A stretch of DNA of 63,016 bases, filler included, from Globobulimina sp. (Eukaryota): assembly GCA_003354225.1 (NCBI GenBank). It is 50 parts of 50 records of this genome, joined end to end, with 100 filler letters (N's around TTAATTAATTAA, not from the genome) between each part and the next. Parts side by side here need not be neighbours in the genome. Positions count along the whole stretch, not along the records: positions 61,856 to 63,016 come from PIVH01021974.1; 49 more parts are not named here. The stretch is one strand, 5' to 3'. How positions within the stretch are numbered: position 1 is the stretch's first letter; every line of letters starts with the position of its first letter. Positions 62,453 to 63,016 of the stretch are shown here, in pieces. Below the pieces are notes generated by a model that was not told the DNA's origin, did no database searches, and saw only the letters and a program-made list of their open reading frames with translations. The translations under genes and the position numbers were made by a program.

Positions 62453-63016
62453 CATCTTCAAACGGTCTATGATAGAAAGCTAACTGCAAAATTTAATCAA
62501 CATTGATATGTACAATGTTTGGTGTCGTGCTTCATGATGTTTTGTATCGTGTTTTAATTGTCCCTTTCTGTTTTATTGTTGTCTTTTATCATATTTTGTA
62601 ATCTGTTTTGTGGTGTTTTGTAAATATTATAGCTTTGTAATTACCAACAGCTCCCTTTTGATTTCAAAATGTGTATACATTATCCTCGCACAGTACACAC
62701 GCCGTACTGCTCTATAAACTTTCAGATTACAAACATAAACTAATAATCATATTAAAGATAAGAAAATAAAAAATTATTAAAAAAAATACAAAACTAGTAC
62801 TAAGTAAATACATAATATTTAAAAATATACAATGAAACAAACATAAGAATAATAAGACAAGTAAATACATAGTAACACAAACACAAACAAACAAATGTCA
62901 TCAAAACACAGCAAGAGCTATATGTATTCAAACAGTAACAATTATGGACTCATAAAATATATCATGTACTACATCATGTTACAGAGGATATAAATATGAG
63001 AACATATAATTGCTAA

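Noticed and set aside
1..63016. Genome-wide alternative genetic code
   Set aside because: Many long conserved genes are open in the standard code and end in TAA, TGA or TAG; only isolated internal stops were seen

Overview
This is not a contiguous locus. It is 50 unrelated short contigs sorted by length (22 of 1163 bp, 22 of 1162 bp, 6 of 1161 bp), joined by an artificial 100-bp spacer (44 N + TTAATTAATTAA + 44 N), so no gene-neighbourhood inference is valid across spacers. Most contigs are AT-rich eukaryotic nuclear DNA with short GT-AG introns (about 55-135 nt) in the standard code. A divergent Retaria-type alpha-tubulin and other gene families point to a foraminiferan or related rhizarian, probably from amplified low-input DNA because several contigs look chimeric. 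Recognisable fragments include PHD finger, DENN, LRR receptor-like, LITAF, PDZ membrane protein, P2X receptor, Amt, calponin, OSCA/TMEM63, TmpA-like flavocytochrome, nucleotide-sugar transporter, aspartate aminotransferase, ATP synthase epsilon, MoeA/gephyrin, VDAC, MYCBP2-like E3, FMO and MTHFS. Mobile DNA comprises BEL/Pao, LINE and MULE fragments and several MITEs, one family present twice. The last contig carries a bacterial-looking SLATT-like ORF plus a TIR ORF. No complete novel multi-gene system can be supported. The best leads are a chromodomain fused to a class I SAM methyltransferase, the TIR/SLATT-like fragment, a templated-insertion deletion in the MYCBP2-like gene, and an in-frame TAG at a Leu position in ATP synthase epsilon. 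All family calls are from motif recognition; no database search was run.
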